In this document: positions 35,503-46,321 of the stretch, one piece after another
How the letters are laid out: each line of letters starts with the position of its first letter
Position numbering within the stretch: position 1 is the stretch's first letter
Assembly (NCBI GenBank): GCA_002787535.1
Contig: PCXB01000050.1
Location: 8,205 to 72,204 of the forward strand
Length of the DNA stretch: 64,000 nt
Direction: 5' to 3'
Source: Deltaproteobacteria bacterium CG11_big_fil_rev_8_21_14_0_20_45_16
GTDB lineage: Bacteria > Bdellovibrionota > UBA2394
The notes under the pieces: model-generated
The model's input: the letters and a program-made list of their open reading frames with translations, nothing else
The model's database searches: none
Told to the model about the DNA's origin: nothing
Program-made: the position numbers and the translations under genes

Positions 35503-36296
35503 AGAGCGTCAATATAGGAACTGAAGTTTGTATGAAAAATCTTGTGGAATTTAGGGCTTGGTTTGGGGGATGTGGCCTCGTCGGCTGGATCTTGATCTGG
35601 GGACTTGGCACCTCAGTAATGGCCCAATCAGTTGATGAAGAGATCTCGCCCGAGCCCGGACCAGTTTTAGAAGAGCCTGCCATTGTCGAAAGCCCTCGGA
35701 CACGTTGGGCAGAATCTCAAGAAATGAAAGAAGAGCGAGCTCGTCTTTTGAATGTTCTTAAGACTGAAGCGGAACCCAATTTAATGGAAAAAGACATCCA
35801 GCGCTTGAAGCGAAATGTTATGCGCCTTGGAAGTTTTAGAAGTTATTGGTCGCTGGAGGCAAAAGATTTTTTGGTGGGTAATGCGCCATTGGCCGAACTT
35901 TATCTTTATGACTATTCGCGAATTCAGAATGAGCGGCTCAACACCCAGATCATTGATACTTTGGTTAGATTTACATCCTTCAAATTCCCCACGGCACCAA
36001 TGGCTTTTGCATCGTCCTTAATGGCGAACGAAGGTGGGGCTGAAAACTTGATCCGAGTTTTCGAGCGAATTGTGGAGATGGAGCCGAGAGCCGCGCAAGA
36101 TATTTTTGGTTTCGTATTCGGTAGCTGGGGGCGGGATCTGCCCGGGGCTAGTAAGTTCTATTTTGCATTAAAATCTTGTGAAGCGGGGTATCGAGCGGCA
36201 GGGAGTCAGATCGATGCTTTGGGCGCCGGTCAAGAGGACTCACTATGGGCAGATGTATTGGTGACAGAACTTCATGCCTGTGCCGAAGGAGCCTAA
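35487..36296 (+). CDS. Hypothetical secreted protein
   Basis: 269 aa with an N-terminal hydrophobic signal segment (GLVGWILIWGLGTSVMAQS). Confidence 0.45.
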   Translation: MPFLAKSVNIGTEVCMKNLVEFRAWFGGCGLVGWILIWGLGTSVMAQSVDEEISPEPGPVLEEPAIVESPRTRWAESQEMKEERARLLNVLKTEAEPNLMEKDIQRLKRNVMRLGSFRSYWSLEAKDFLVGNAPLAELYLYDYSRIQNERLNTQIIDTLVRFTSFKFPTAPMAFASSLMANEGGAENLIRVFERIVEMEPRAAQDIFGFVFGSWGRDLPGASKFYFALKSCEAGYRAAGSQIDALGAGQEDSLWADVLVTELHACAEGA

Positions 36297-37376
36297 ATGA
36301 TGTCGTCGGTTCCCCGGCGAAGCCGAGCCCAGATTGTTGTTAGCGATTTTCATCTTGGTGAAGGTCGTCGCAACTGGGATGGCAGTCTTAATATCTTAGA
36401 AGATTTTACACTCGATCAGCGTTTCGTCGAATTTCTCGATCATTATTTTCAATCTTATGATGAAGTCGAGCTTGTGCTGGCAGGGAACTTTTTTGAGATG
36501 CTTCGTTCCAAAGCAGTGCCCGACTATCCGGATATTTTATTCGAAACCTATGCCCTCGATCAGATTCGGGTATCGATGAGTGGACACCGGGCGATTATGG
36601 ATGCGCTCAATCGCTTTATGGAAAGGCCTGGCAATCGACTAGTGTATTTGATGGGGGAGGCGGACTGGGGAGTAATGTGGCCCAAAGTGCAAAATGAAAT
36701 TCGAAATCGCATTTCGGAGCGAATGGAATTTTATCCTAACGATTATTTTCGTGACGGGATCTACATTCAACATGGTCATCAATACGATGCCATGTATGCG
36801 ATGAATTATGCAGAACCATTTAGAAAGATCGAAGGAATAAATGTCCTCAAACTTCCGTGGGGTGCATTTTTCTACGCAAACTTTATTCAGCCCTTGCGAC
36901 GAATTCGACCCCAGTTTTATAGGGTTCGGCCGATGCGAAATTATTTGATGTGGGCGTTTTTGTTCGAAACCAGATTTTTTTTAAAGATCCTAAGGCAGTT
37001 TTTTAAAATGATATTTATGGCGAGCTCGCGTCGCCTTTATCCCGGAAACTCTTTGCGAGATGTTTTTAAAATTTTCAGTCAGCCGGCAGACTCGGAGGCT
37101 CTCGAGCGATACGCCGAACTTCTTTTAAGCGCCGATACGACGCAGAAGGTCATTTTTGGGCATTCGCATCTTGCCAACTATCGTCAGTTTCGAAATGCTA
37201 AGGAGTATTTTAACTGTGGTACATGGACTCGAAATTTGAGCCTAGATATGCGTTCATTCGGATCCTTCCATAAGCTAACCTATGTATTAGTGGAATTTAA
37301 GGGTGAAGCCCAAGAGCCTCATGCAAGGTTGATGGAGTGGCATGGAAAACATGAAGTTATTGAGGATTATATATAA
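36297..37376 (+). CDS. Metallophosphoesterase-like protein
   Basis: IVVSDFHLGEG (D-x-H motif I) near the N-terminus, with GNFFE and HGHQYD downstream, a pattern compatible with calcineurin-like phosphoesterases. Confidence 0.45.
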   Translation: MMSSVPRRSRAQIVVSDFHLGEGRRNWDGSLNILEDFTLDQRFVEFLDHYFQSYDEVELVLAGNFFEMLRSKAVPDYPDILFETYALDQIRVSMSGHRAIMDALNRFMERPGNRLVYLMGEADWGVMWPKVQNEIRNRISERMEFYPNDYFRDGIYIQHGHQYDAMYAMNYAEPFRKIEGINVLKLPWGAFFYANFIQPLRRIRPQFYRVRPMRNYLMWAFLFETRFFLKILRQFFKMIFMASSRRLYPGNSLRDVFKIFSQPADSEALERYAELLLSADTTQKVIFGHSHLANYRQFRNAKEYFNCGTWTRNLSLDMRSFGSFHKLTYVLVEFKGEAQEPHARLMEWHGKHEVIEDYI

Positions 37377-37384
37377 GGAGAGAT

Positions 37385-38695
37385 ATGAACTTTCGACCTA
37401 AACAATTTTCGGGAAGAAATGTGGCGATCGTATCAGGCGTGCGAACGCCTTTGGCTAAAGCTGGGACGGCTTTGACAAAATTAGGTGCTGTGGACTTAGG
37501 CGTATTTGCACTTCAGGGGGCGATCGCCGAGGCGGAGATTCGGCCCGAAGAGATTGAACATGTCGTGATCGGAAATATTGCTCAGCCTGCCGATGCTGCG
37601 AATGTTGCGCGTGTGATTAGTTTGTTTGCGGGCGTGCCTAAGTCAGTCCCGGCGTTTACCGTTCAACGAAATTGCGCCAGCGGGATGGAGGCGGTTTCTC
37701 AAGGGGCGATGCAAATTGCGACGGGTCAGGCCGAGATTGTGGCTTGTGGTGGAACAGAGAGCATGTCTCAGATCCCACTTCTTTTTACCGAGGAACTAAA
37801 GAATATTTTCTTTGGCGTAGCGCTTGGAAGGGGGTTGGGTAAAAAACTTAGTGCGCTCTCTAAATTAAAAATGAAATATCTCAAACCCATCATTGGTTTG
37901 GAGACTGGATTGACCGATCCGGTTTCCGGATTAAATATGGGTCAAACGGCGGAGCGACTCGCTCGAGATTTTCATATTTCGCGCGAAGAGCAAGATCGAT
38001 TTGCTCTCAAATCTCATGAAAAAGCCATTGCAGCAAGAGCGCGATTTGCAGAAGAAATAGTTCCAAGCTATATTCCTCCCAAATACGACCTAATTGTCAG
38101 TGAAGATGTTGGGCCTCGTGATAATCAAACCATGGAATCTTTGGCCAAACTCAAACCTTATTTTGATAGGAAGCATGGCACGGTTACGGTCGGGAACTCT
38201 TGTCCGATAACGGATGGAGCCTGCATGATGATTTTGATGAGTGAGGAGCGAGCCAAAGCGGAAGGTCGAGAGATTTTAGGAATCATTCGAGCCGTAGAAT
38301 TTTCGGGTTGCGAGCCGAGTCGAATGGGTTTGGGCCCAGCTTTTGCTAGTCCCGCAGCTTTAAAGACGGCTGGATTCGAACTGAAGGATATGGATTTGGT
38401 TGAGCTTAATGAAGCCTTTGCCGTTCAGGTTTTGGCTTGTTTGCGAGCGCTGGCCAGCAAAGACTTTGCGACGAAACATCTTGGTCGATCCGAGGCGGTA
38501 GGAGATTTGGATCCTGCAAAACTAAATGTCAACGGTGGAGCGATTGCTTTGGGGCATCCAGTAGGAACTTCGGGGGCGAGAATTATTTTAACGCTCTTAA
38601 AGGAACTAAAACGGCGGGGATTGCAGCGCGGTTTGGCTACCATGTGTATCGGTGGCGGACAAGGTAGTGCATGCATCGTGGAGAGAGCGGCCTAA
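37385..38695 (+). CDS. fadA: Acetyl-CoA C-acyltransferase (3-ketoacyl-CoA thiolase)
   Basis: 436 aa. The thiolase C-terminal signature ...NVNGGAIALGHPVGTSGARI... is present, with the active-site Cys region NQTMESLAKL.../CASG. Sits upstream of fadB. Confidence 0.85.
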   Translation: MNFRPKQFSGRNVAIVSGVRTPLAKAGTALTKLGAVDLGVFALQGAIAEAEIRPEEIEHVVIGNIAQPADAANVARVISLFAGVPKSVPAFTVQRNCASGMEAVSQGAMQIATGQAEIVACGGTESMSQIPLLFTEELKNIFFGVALGRGLGKKLSALSKLKMKYLKPIIGLETGLTDPVSGLNMGQTAERLARDFHISREEQDRFALKSHEKAIAARARFAEEIVPSYIPPKYDLIVSEDVGPRDNQTMESLAKLKPYFDRKHGTVTVGNSCPITDGACMMILMSEERAKAEGREILGIIRAVEFSGCEPSRMGLGPAFASPAALKTAGFELKDMDLVELNEAFAVQVLACLRALASKDFATKHLGRSEAVGDLDPAKLNVNGGAIALGHPVGTSGARIILTLLKELKRRGLQRGLATMCIGGGQGSACIVERAA

Positions 38696-38712
38696 GGGTC
38701 GAAGGAGTGAGT

Positions 38713-40890
38713 ATGGAAGCATCAGCAGCTTGGGGAAAGAAAACAGATTTAGAGGCGGGCGTAGCAATGCGCTTGGAAATTCTCGAGGGTGAGCATGCCG
38801 AGATCATTATCGACAGTCCGGGTAAGAAGGTGAATGTTTTAGATCGCCAGGCCTTGACGGATCTTCACAATCACCTAGCAATACTAAAAACTAAAACCGA
38901 AATTAAGACACTTCTAATTTATTCGGCTAAGCCAGATATCTTTTTGGCCGGTGCCGATATCAACGAAATTCAATTGATGAAGACAAAAGAAGATGCTCTC
39001 AAATTAGTGGAGCAGATGCAGGATATCTTTAATGAGCTTGATAATCTTCCACAAGTGACGATGGCCCTCATAGATGGCCCTTGTATGGGTGGTGGGACAG
39101 AGCTTGCCTTATCTTGTGATTATCGAGTTTGTTCTGACAATCCCAGGACTAAGATTGGATTGCCGGAAGTTCAGCTCGGGGTCCTACCAGGTGCCGGTGG
39201 AACGCAACGAGCTCCACGGCTTCTTGGAATTGTCGATGCGATTACGATGATCACGAGTGGCGCGGCCTATGTGGGACCTAAGGCCCTTAAGTTGAAGCTT
39301 GTCGATGATTTGATGCCTACGGAAACGATGCTCGAAATTGCTCGACGAAAAATGAGAGATGGGAGCTACAAAAAATATCTGGCACGTCGTGAGAAAACGT
39401 TCTTTCAGCGGCTTCAAGAAATGTCGCCTCTTAAGAGTTTTGTATTTAAGCAGGCACGAAAACAAATCATGGCCAAAACCAAGGGGCAGTACCCAGCGGT
39501 TTTGAAAGCTTTGTCTGTAATTGAGGAAACGCTTGGGGGCCCGCTTAAGCAAGGACTTGCTATCGAGGCTTTGGCTTTTGCTGAGTTGGCGATCAGTCCC
39601 GTGGCAAAGAATTTAATTGGGATTTTTTTTGGATCGGAGGAGCTAAAAAAACAAACGGGCATTTTGCCCCACGAAGCACCGAATTTTAAACCCAAAAAAT
39701 ATCAGCGTGTCGGCGTGATCGGTGCGGGGATTATGGGTGGCGGCATCGCCGCGGTGGCTTCTTCCAAGTCAATTGAGGTGCATTTAAAAGATATCGCGGA
39801 TCATTCGATCGCGACAGCCTTGAAAACGGCTCAATCGCTCTTTGATCGGGATCTTAAAAAGAAAAAGATCGATAGGGCAGAATTCCTCAAGCGGCGTTAT
39901 CGAATCATACCGAGTTTGAAATGGGTAGGCTTTGGCCACCTTCCGATAGTGGTTGAGGCCGTTATCGAAAGGATGTCGATCAAAAAAGATGTCATCGCCG
40001 ACCTAGAAAAGATTCTGCCAGTGGACGCGATTATTGCGACCAACACAAGTTCACTGAGTATTTCGGAAATGGCTTCTGAGGCTCGTCATCCAGAGCGAAT
40101 TGTGGGGATGCATTTTTTCAATCCTGTTCCAATGATGCCCCTGGTTGAAGTTGTTCGAGCTGAAAAGACCTCACCTGAAGTTGTGGCTCAGACGGTCGCC
40201 TTTGGGAAGCAGCTGGGCAAAACCGTCATCGTCGTCAAGGATAGCCCAGGATTTTTGATCAATCGGATTTTGATGCCGTTTTTGATTGAAAGCGGCCACC
40301 TCAAGCAAGAGGGCTATAGTGTGGCTCAAATCGATAAGGCGGCGACGAAGTTTGGAATGCCGATGGGTCCCTTTCGATTGATGGATGAAGTTGGGCTCGA
40401 TACGGGCGCCAAAGTTGCCGACGTGATCGCTTCGGGCTTTCCTCATATGAAAGTTCTTCCGATGATTCATGAAATGGTAGCCAAAGGCTATCTTGGGAAG
40501 AAAAACGGCAAGGGATTTTATCTTTATGATCCCAAAGGAAAGCCAGCTGGGGTTCGGCCTGAATTTCAAAAAGCCGCGATGGATGATTCGGAGGCAACCG
40601 ATCGAAGTATTCAAGACCGGTTGATTTTGCCAATGGTGACAGAAGCAACCATGGCCTTGGATGAAGGCATTGTCTCAGGAGTTCGAGAGTTGGATCTTGG
40701 GTTGATCTATGGCATAGGATTTCCTCCATTCAAAGGTGGCCTATTACGCTGGGTAAGTAGTCTTGGCGAAAGAGAGATTTTGGATCGAATGAATGTGGTT
40801 CACAATGCGACTAAGGGGCGGCTCATTGTTCCCAAGGCGTTTGTTCAGCGTGTTCAGTCGGGGCATAGTTTTTATCCGAGCGAAGCTTAG
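38713..40890 (+). CDS. fadB: Fatty acid oxidation complex alpha subunit (enoyl-CoA hydratase/3-hydroxyacyl-CoA dehydrogenase)
   Basis: The N-terminal crotonase fold is followed by a Rossmann GxGxxG (GVIGAGIMGGGIA) 3-HCDH domain. The start is set at the ATG with RBS aaggag (MEASAAW...), not the overlapping upstream ATG at 38671. Confidence 0.85.
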   Translation: MEASAAWGKKTDLEAGVAMRLEILEGEHAEIIIDSPGKKVNVLDRQALTDLHNHLAILKTKTEIKTLLIYSAKPDIFLAGADINEIQLMKTKEDALKLVEQMQDIFNELDNLPQVTMALIDGPCMGGGTELALSCDYRVCSDNPRTKIGLPEVQLGVLPGAGGTQRAPRLLGIVDAITMITSGAAYVGPKALKLKLVDDLMPTETMLEIARRKMRDGSYKKYLARREKTFFQRLQEMSPLKSFVFKQARKQIMAKTKGQYPAVLKALSVIEETLGGPLKQGLAIEALAFAELAISPVAKNLIGIFFGSEELKKQTGILPHEAPNFKPKKYQRVGVIGAGIMGGGIAAVASSKSIEVHLKDIADHSIATALKTAQSLFDRDLKKKKIDRAEFLKRRYRIIPSLKWVGFGHLPIVVEAVIERMSIKKDVIADLEKILPVDAIIATNTSSLSISEMASEARHPERIVGMHFFNPVPMMPLVEVVRAEKTSPEVVAQTVAFGKQLGKTVIVVKDSPGFLINRILMPFLIESGHLKQEGYSVAQIDKAATKFGMPMGPFRLMDEVGLDTGAKVADVIASGFPHMKVLPMIHEMVAKGYLGKKNGKGFYLYDPKGKPAGVRPEFQKAAMDDSEATDRSIQDRLILPMVTEATMALDEGIVSGVRELDLGLIYGIGFPPFKGGLLRWVSSLGEREILDRMNVVHNATKGRLIVPKAFVQRVQSGHSFYPSEA

Positions 40891-40899
40891 AGGTTTGCG

Positions 40900-42102
40900 A
40901 TGAGTATCTCGGTCTGCATGATTGCGAAAAACGAAGAGCGCTTCATCGGAGGCTGCATTGATCATCTTAAAAATCTTGCGAAAGAAATCATTGTTGTCGA
41001 TACAGGCTCCAGCGACCGTACGGTGGAGATTGCTCAGCAAAGTGGCGCTCGCGTCTCAAGTACAAAATGGGAAAATGATTTTGCCAAGGCCCGCAATCTG
41101 AGTCTGGATAAGGCGACTCAAAAATGGATTTTGATTATCGATCCTGATGAGCGAATTGCAGATCGTGATATCGAAAGGATTTTGGCGCTGACCAACGACA
41201 CATCGAATATGGCGTACTCCTTTAACGCTCGGAACTACAGTGAGAACCCGATGGCTAGCGGCTTTATACCATGCCAAGGAGCTTATTCGGAAGAAGAGGG
41301 TTACCCTGGTTATTTTGAGAGTCGTAAAGTCAGATTGTTTCAAAATATCCCAAGTATTCGATTTAAAGGATCGGTGCATGAACTTGTTGAAAGTACGGTC
41401 AAGGGCAAGATCGTGGAAAGCGACATTCCCTTCCATCATTTTGGATCTAGCAAGCAAGTAGCCGAAGAAAAGGCTAAGCGACAATTTTATCAAAAACGGG
41501 CGGAACAGAAAGTTTCGGAGGAGCCCGGCAATTGGAAGGCACATTTTGAACAAGGTGTGGAATGGTTGGGAGCTTCCGAATATAAGAAGGCAGCTGTTGC
41601 TTTAAAAAAAGCACGGGAGTTCAATCCGCAAGAGAAACTTGTTTTGAGTAATCTTGGCTATGCGCTTATGGAATCAGGTCAGCATGATGAAGCTGAAGAA
41701 GCTTTGAAAGCTTGTCTTAAGGTGGATCCACGTAATCATGATGCGGTTTTGAATTTGGGTGTGAATGAAATGCGCCGTCAGCGGTACGATCGAGCCCTGC
41801 AGATTTTTGACAAATTGGTTCGGATGTATCCCAATTCATTTTTGGCCTTTAGAAACTCTGGCAATTGTTTAGCGAGACTCAAGAAGATGAGGGAGGCGGC
41901 TGCTTGTTTCGAAAAAGCCCTAAGCATTTTTCCGGATTATAATGATGCTCGCATTGACCTTGGAATCGTGTGTTTTGCTGCTGGAAGACTTGATTTGGCT
42001 GAGAAAGTTCTTAACGTTGCGCTCCAGAGGGATCCTATGAGTCTTCGAACCCAGGCCGTTTTGGATGAAATCAAGAAACTTAAGTCCACGAAGAAGGCTT
42101 AA
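40900..42102 (+). CDS. Family 2 glycosyltransferase fused to C-terminal TPR repeats
   Basis: The N-terminus reads ISVCMIAKNEERFIGGCIDHLKNLAKEIIVVDTGSSDRT (GT2 DxD-type). The C-terminal half has repeated A-x-x-Y/F...A TPR-like helices. Confidence 0.7.
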   Translation: MSISVCMIAKNEERFIGGCIDHLKNLAKEIIVVDTGSSDRTVEIAQQSGARVSSTKWENDFAKARNLSLDKATQKWILIIDPDERIADRDIERILALTNDTSNMAYSFNARNYSENPMASGFIPCQGAYSEEEGYPGYFESRKVRLFQNIPSIRFKGSVHELVESTVKGKIVESDIPFHHFGSSKQVAEEKAKRQFYQKRAEQKVSEEPGNWKAHFEQGVEWLGASEYKKAAVALKKAREFNPQEKLVLSNLGYALMESGQHDEAEEALKACLKVDPRNHDAVLNLGVNEMRRQRYDRALQIFDKLVRMYPNSFLAFRNSGNCLARLKKMREAAACFEKALSIFPDYNDARIDLGIVCFAAGRLDLAEKVLNVALQRDPMSLRTQAVLDEIKKLKSTKKA

Positions 42103-42165
42103 GCCTTCTTTTCAGTGAAATTTAGTTCCTCGCGATAGCTTTCTTTTGTAAGAAATAGTCTACCG

Positions 42166-43980
42166 ATGGTGGATTCCAGCAAAATTAGAAACTTTTCGAT
42201 TATTGCCCATATTGATCACGGTAAGTCTACATTAGCCGATCGCTTGATTCAGAGTACTGGCGCGCTCAGCCAGCGGGAGATGAAAGCTCAGGTTTTGGAC
42301 AGTATGGACTTGGAACGAGAACGAGGCATTACGATTAAGGCCCAAACCGTTCGTCTGCCTTACAGAGCCAAAGATGGTAAGGACTATATCCTCAATTTGA
42401 TAGACACCCCTGGGCATGTAGATTTTTCTTACGAAGTCTCGCGAAGTCTCGCGGCCTGCGAGGGAGCTCTGCTGGTGGTGGATGCTAGTCAAGGTATTCA
42501 AGCTCAGACTTTGGCTAATGTTTATCTGGCTTTGGATAACAATTTAGAAATCGTTCCTGTTATTAATAAGATCGATCTTCCAGCGGCTCAGCCGGAAAAA
42601 GTTCGACAAGAGATCGAAGATGTCATTGGGTTGGATGCCAAAGATGCAGTTTTAATCTCAGCCAAAACTGGTCTTGGTATCGAGGATGTTTTGGAGGCAG
42701 TGGTTCAACGAGTGCCGGCGCCTAAACCAAAGTCTGCGGATCCAACTAAGCTGGCCGCTCTTATTTTTGATAGTTGGTTTGATTCGTATCGAGGCGTTGT
42801 TGTGTTAGTTCGCGTTTTTTCTGGCGAAATAAAGAAGCGAGATAAAATGCGGTTGATGAGTACGGGTCGTGACTATGAAGTTTTGAGTTTGGGGGTCTTC
42901 ACACCTCGGCCTAAAGAAGTTGATTCACTGACGGCGGGAGAGGTCGGCTATATTATTTCGGGATTCAAAACTGTTCACGATGCCAAGATTGGCGACACGA
43001 TAACTTTGGCTCGGGATCCGGTTCCTCAAGCGCTTGCTGGCTTTAAGGAAATTAAGCCAATGGTTTTTTCGGGAATTTTTCCGACGGAAACAGATCAGTA
43101 TGAAGCCTTAAAAGATGCACTGGAGAAACTGGTGCTGAATGATTCGGCCGTGACCTACGAACCAGAAGTTTCGGATCATTTGGGATTTGGATTCCGCTGT
43201 GGCTACCTAGGGCTTCTCCATATGGAAATCGTTCAAGAGCGGCTTGAGCGTGAGTATGGATTAAGTCTCATCACGACCGTTCCAACAGTGAAGTACCGTG
43301 TATTTAAAAATGATGGTGAGATCGTAGAGGTTTCCAATCCCAGTAAGCTGCCAGAGCCTAACCATGTGGAGCGCTACGAAGAGCCCATCTATAAAGTTGT
43401 CCTTCATACTCCGCCTGAATACATCGGTGGCTTGATGCAATTGTGTACCGACAAGCGAGGTATTCAGAGGAAGATGGATTATATTACGCCGACGCGAGTG
43501 GTTTTAGAATACGAGGTTCCGCTTAATGAGATCGTTTTGAATTTCTATGATCGCGTAAAGTCTATCACCAAAGGTTATGCAAGTTTGGATTATGAGTTTT
43601 TGGAATATCGTCCAGCGGAGCTTGTGAAATTGGATATTCTTTTAAATGGCGAAAAAGTTGAGGCGTTATCTCTCATTATTCACAAAGATTTTGCGATTTT
43701 TAGAGGGCGGGAACTGGCCAAAAAAATGAAAGAGCTATTGCCCCGTCAAATGTTCCAGATCGCGATTCAAGCCGCCATTGGAGCTAAAGTTATTGCTCGC
43801 GAGACCCTAAGTGCACTTCGAAAAGATGTAACCGCCAAATGTTACGGGGGCGACATCACTCGAAAGCGAAAGCTTTTGGAGAAGCAAAAAGAGGGTAAGA
43901 AAAAGATGAAGCAAATCGGAAATGTAGAGGTACCGAAGGAAGCCTTCCTGGCTGTTCTTCGCCTTGAGGATGGTAGCTAA
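42166..43980 (+). CDS. lepA: Elongation factor 4 (LepA)
   Basis: 604 aa. [19 protein letters not shown]1 motif, [12 protein letters not shown] and the LepA-specific C-terminal domain. Confidence 0.95.
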   Translation: MVDSSKIRNFSIIAHIDHGKSTLADRLIQSTGALSQREMKAQVLDSMDLERERGITIKAQTVRLPYRAKDGKDYILNLIDTPGHVDFSYEVSRSLAACEGALLVVDASQGIQAQTLANVYLALDNNLEIVPVINKIDLPAAQPEKVRQEIEDVIGLDAKDAVLISAKTGLGIEDVLEAVVQRVPAPKPKSADPTKLAALIFDSWFDSYRGVVVLVRVFSGEIKKRDKMRLMSTGRDYEVLSLGVFTPRPKEVDSLTAGEVGYIISGFKTVHDAKIGDTITLARDPVPQALAGFKEIKPMVFSGIFPTETDQYEALKDALEKLVLNDSAVTYEPEVSDHLGFGFRCGYLGLLHMEIVQERLEREYGLSLITTVPTVKYRVFKNDGEIVEVSNPSKLPEPNHVERYEEPIYKVVLHTPPEYIGGLMQLCTDKRGIQRKMDYITPTRVVLEYEVPLNEIVLNFYDRVKSITKGYASLDYEFLEYRPAELVKLDILLNGEKVEALSLIIHKDFAIFRGRELAKKMKELLPRQMFQIAIQAAIGAKVIARETLSALRKDVTAKCYGGDITRKRKLLEKQKEGKKKMKQIGNVEVPKEAFLAVLRLEDGS

Positions 43981-43991
43981 GAGTCAACTTT

Positions 43992-44729
43992 ATGACGAGC
44001 TATCCGCTCTTATCGCCTAGCGTTAAAATAAATCTATCACTTATGTTGCTAGCGACTTACTCACTGGTTTTGTGGGCCTCTATAGCTTTTTCTTGGGAAG
44101 AAGCCTTTCCGGCTGTTTCTGAATCTAAGGTCGAAAATTTTGGGGCGGAGATGGCGTCAGATTCTGGCCTTGGTCTAGTGTTTTCCGAAACCTATAGTGG
44201 GGATGCTCTTCGAAACTATCTTCAAAACAAAGTTGATTCGGCAGCTAACGATCAGCCTTTATTGAGTGAGCCGCAGCAGTTGGCGGCCATAACGGAATCC
44301 TTAAGAGGCTGGATAGTTTCTCGACAATGGGAAGACGAAGACTTTGTCCTGGCATATGGCAAAAATGCGGAGGGCAGTTTGATTGTAGCGGCTTGGTCGA
44401 AGAGTAATAATGAAATTAGTTTGCAGGAGTTGGTGCGAGTCTACTTGGATGAACAACTTGCCAAAGTAACGACGGTTGAAGAGCATGACCAGTGGCAATC
44501 CGAGCGACGCTATCTTCAGGGAAATTTGTATGGAATCGAAAACTCAGCAGCGCCCGTTAAGTTTATTGCCTCCAGCTCATCGGCCCCCAGTCTTTCGCCG
44601 CCCACCGCTTCTCAGCAGATCGTCAGCAAGCGTCCAATGATTCTCGAGTTTGGCCACACGCGCGTTGCGGCCAAGAACTCTGAGATTCTTAAGGGCTCAG
44701 CCGACATGGACTTCTCGGAACTCAATTAA
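43992..44729 (+). CDS. Hypothetical membrane-anchored protein
   Basis: 245 aa with one N-terminal TM helix (LSLMLLATYSLVLWASIAF). No known motifs. Confidence 0.45.
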   Translation: MTSYPLLSPSVKINLSLMLLATYSLVLWASIAFSWEEAFPAVSESKVENFGAEMASDSGLGLVFSETYSGDALRNYLQNKVDSAANDQPLLSEPQQLAAITESLRGWIVSRQWEDEDFVLAYGKNAEGSLIVAAWSKSNNEISLQELVRVYLDEQLAKVTTVEEHDQWQSERRYLQGNLYGIENSAAPVKFIASSSSAPSLSPPTASQQIVSKRPMILEFGHTRVAAKNSEILKGSADMDFSELN

Positions 44730-44805
44730 TTTTCAATGTTCCTTATATCCCGCCGTCCCACAGCTGGACATGTTACGTCGAGTTTTCAAAACATCTCCAG
44801 GAATC

Positions 44806-44846
44806 GGTCGAGTATGAGTCAAAATCACATTCCTAAGGAATGTCCG
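44806..44846. repeat. Conserved hairpin element, copy C, nested in a larger inverted repeat
   Basis: gtcgagtatgagtcaaaatcacattcctaaggaatgtccg has an 8-bp stem (ACATTCC/GGAATGT). Flanking inverted repeats are cacagctggaca at 44768-81 and tgtccagctgggg at 44850-62. Confidence 0.6.
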
Positions 44847-44980
44847 TCCTGTCCAGCTGGGGTCCCACGCGAGTTCTTTAAATCCCATTCGATACTATTC
44901 AATCGCATGTAATGACGAGGCTTTTTCAGTTGCAGCTATGGAACGCTTCTTGAATAGATAGCTACTGGAGGACGGATCTA

Positions 44981-46321
44981 ATGAAATCTTTGAATAATAA
45001 ACTCACGCTGTTTTTTGCGCTAATTATCACTGTGACGGGTTTGCCGTGGGCAGCTCATGCGATAGACGTGATTCTTCCTCGTGGAAATTCTCTGTCAAGA
45101 GCTGCAGCGGTTTACGATAATTATATTTCAAATCCGGAATGGCGGGAGCTCTACGGCAGGGCCGCTCGGAAAGCCATTGATCAGGATGTATTTGAGGTCG
45201 TAAATGAAAAAGTTTTTTCAGAATTCAACTCAGACGCCCGATCACTTCTTGCCAATAACTATGGCGTAAGTTTTCGCTTTCCTAAGGGCACCTTGGCCGT
45301 CGAAAAAGCTGAGATTTATGGAAAAATTTTAAGTGATATTCAGGCTGGCAAAGCCATTGGAGCCCGTGACAAAACAGGTAGTAAGTTGGGACTTGATCTT
45401 GGATACTTTCGTGGTGTTCAAGCCTATGCTTCTCTAAAAGACTTGTATCAAGATAAAGATGTGCCTGGCGTAGATTATCTTTCTAGAGCTGGTGTTCAGC
45501 CGATGACAGCTTTTGTTTTTGATGACGTCTCAAAGCGTTTTGAGATTGAATTGGTAAAATCTCTTTCTGGAATGCAAACCTTTCAGGTCAATGAATTAAA
45601 GGATCATTTTAATTTTGTGAATTCTTCCAAAGTGAGAGTGGCAAAAGTCAGGGCTTGCCAGGATAGGGAAGGAAAAGAATTAAATGAGAAGTGTTTAGTC
45701 TTAAGTCTCGATGGGAATTCCGAGTTTTCAATTAGCCTTAAAGACAATGCGGCTCTGGCAGACTTTGCCGCGGCAATTCCAGCTGAGGGATTGAATATCT
45801 CCGCGATTAGATTGGATCCGAAGACCTCGAGCCTCACCTTTGATGTAGAAAATATGAAATTTGAAATTCCAGCTACGGCGGAAATTGCGGTGATTACAGG
45901 TGAGGATTCGACGGTTCCCGCCAATATATGGTTATCATCCGACAAAGTAGCTCAGATGGAGCATCTCGATGCTTTGTCTGTGGGACATCATAATGTATGG
46001 ATTTCATCGCCCGAAGCGGCAAGTGCGGCTTTTGTTTTCTCGGATGCAAAGTTTATGGCCTCACTCAAGGCTGCGGAGGTTTCGGCTTTAGCAAAGAAAA
46101 ATCAGGAAGATGAAAAGCAAGCTCAAGTTCTTCTTCGCGAAGTCGAAAGGCAAGCCGCACTCGACGCCTTGGCTAAGAAAAAACTCGACGACCAGCGCGC
46201 CAAAAAGGAGGCCGAACAGGCCAAAGAAGAAGAGGCCCGTAAGAAAAAAATTGCGGACGATATTTTGAAAGGGATTTCCTTAGGCCCCATCCAGATGAAT
46301 TCCTGTGACCACGTTATTTGA
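44981..46321 (+). CDS. Hypothetical secreted protein with charged coiled-coil C-terminus
   Basis: 446 aa with signal peptide (LFFALIITVTGLPWAAHA). The C-terminal ~70 aa is K/E/A-rich (QEDEKQAQVLLREVERQAALDALAKKKLDDQRAKKEAEQAKEEEARKKK). Confidence 0.5.
   Translation: MKSLNNKLTLFFALIITVTGLPWAAHAIDVILPRGNSLSRAAAVYDNYISNPEWRELYGRAARKAIDQDVFEVVNEKVFSEFNSDARSLLANNYGVSFRFPKGTLAVEKAEIYGKILSDIQAGKAIGARDKTGSKLGLDLGYFRGVQAYASLKDLYQDKDVPGVDYLSRAGVQPMTAFVFDDVSKRFEIELVKSLSGMQTFQVNELKDHFNFVNSSKVRVAKVRACQDREGKELNEKCLVLSLDGNSEFSISLKDNAALADFAAAIPAEGLNISAIRLDPKTSSLTFDVENMKFEIPATAEIAVITGEDSTVPANIWLSSDKVAQMEHLDALSVGHHNVWISSPEAASAAFVFSDAKFMASLKAAEVSALAKKNQEDEKQAQVLLREVERQAALDALAKKKLDDQRAKKEAEQAKEEEARKKKIADDILKGISLGPIQMNSCDHVI

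Noticed and set aside
39184-40729. Antisense ORFs (93-147 aa) inside fadB
   Set aside because: They are embedded in a conserved metabolic gene and have no starts with RBS. They are likely random open frames from GC-skewed codon usage.
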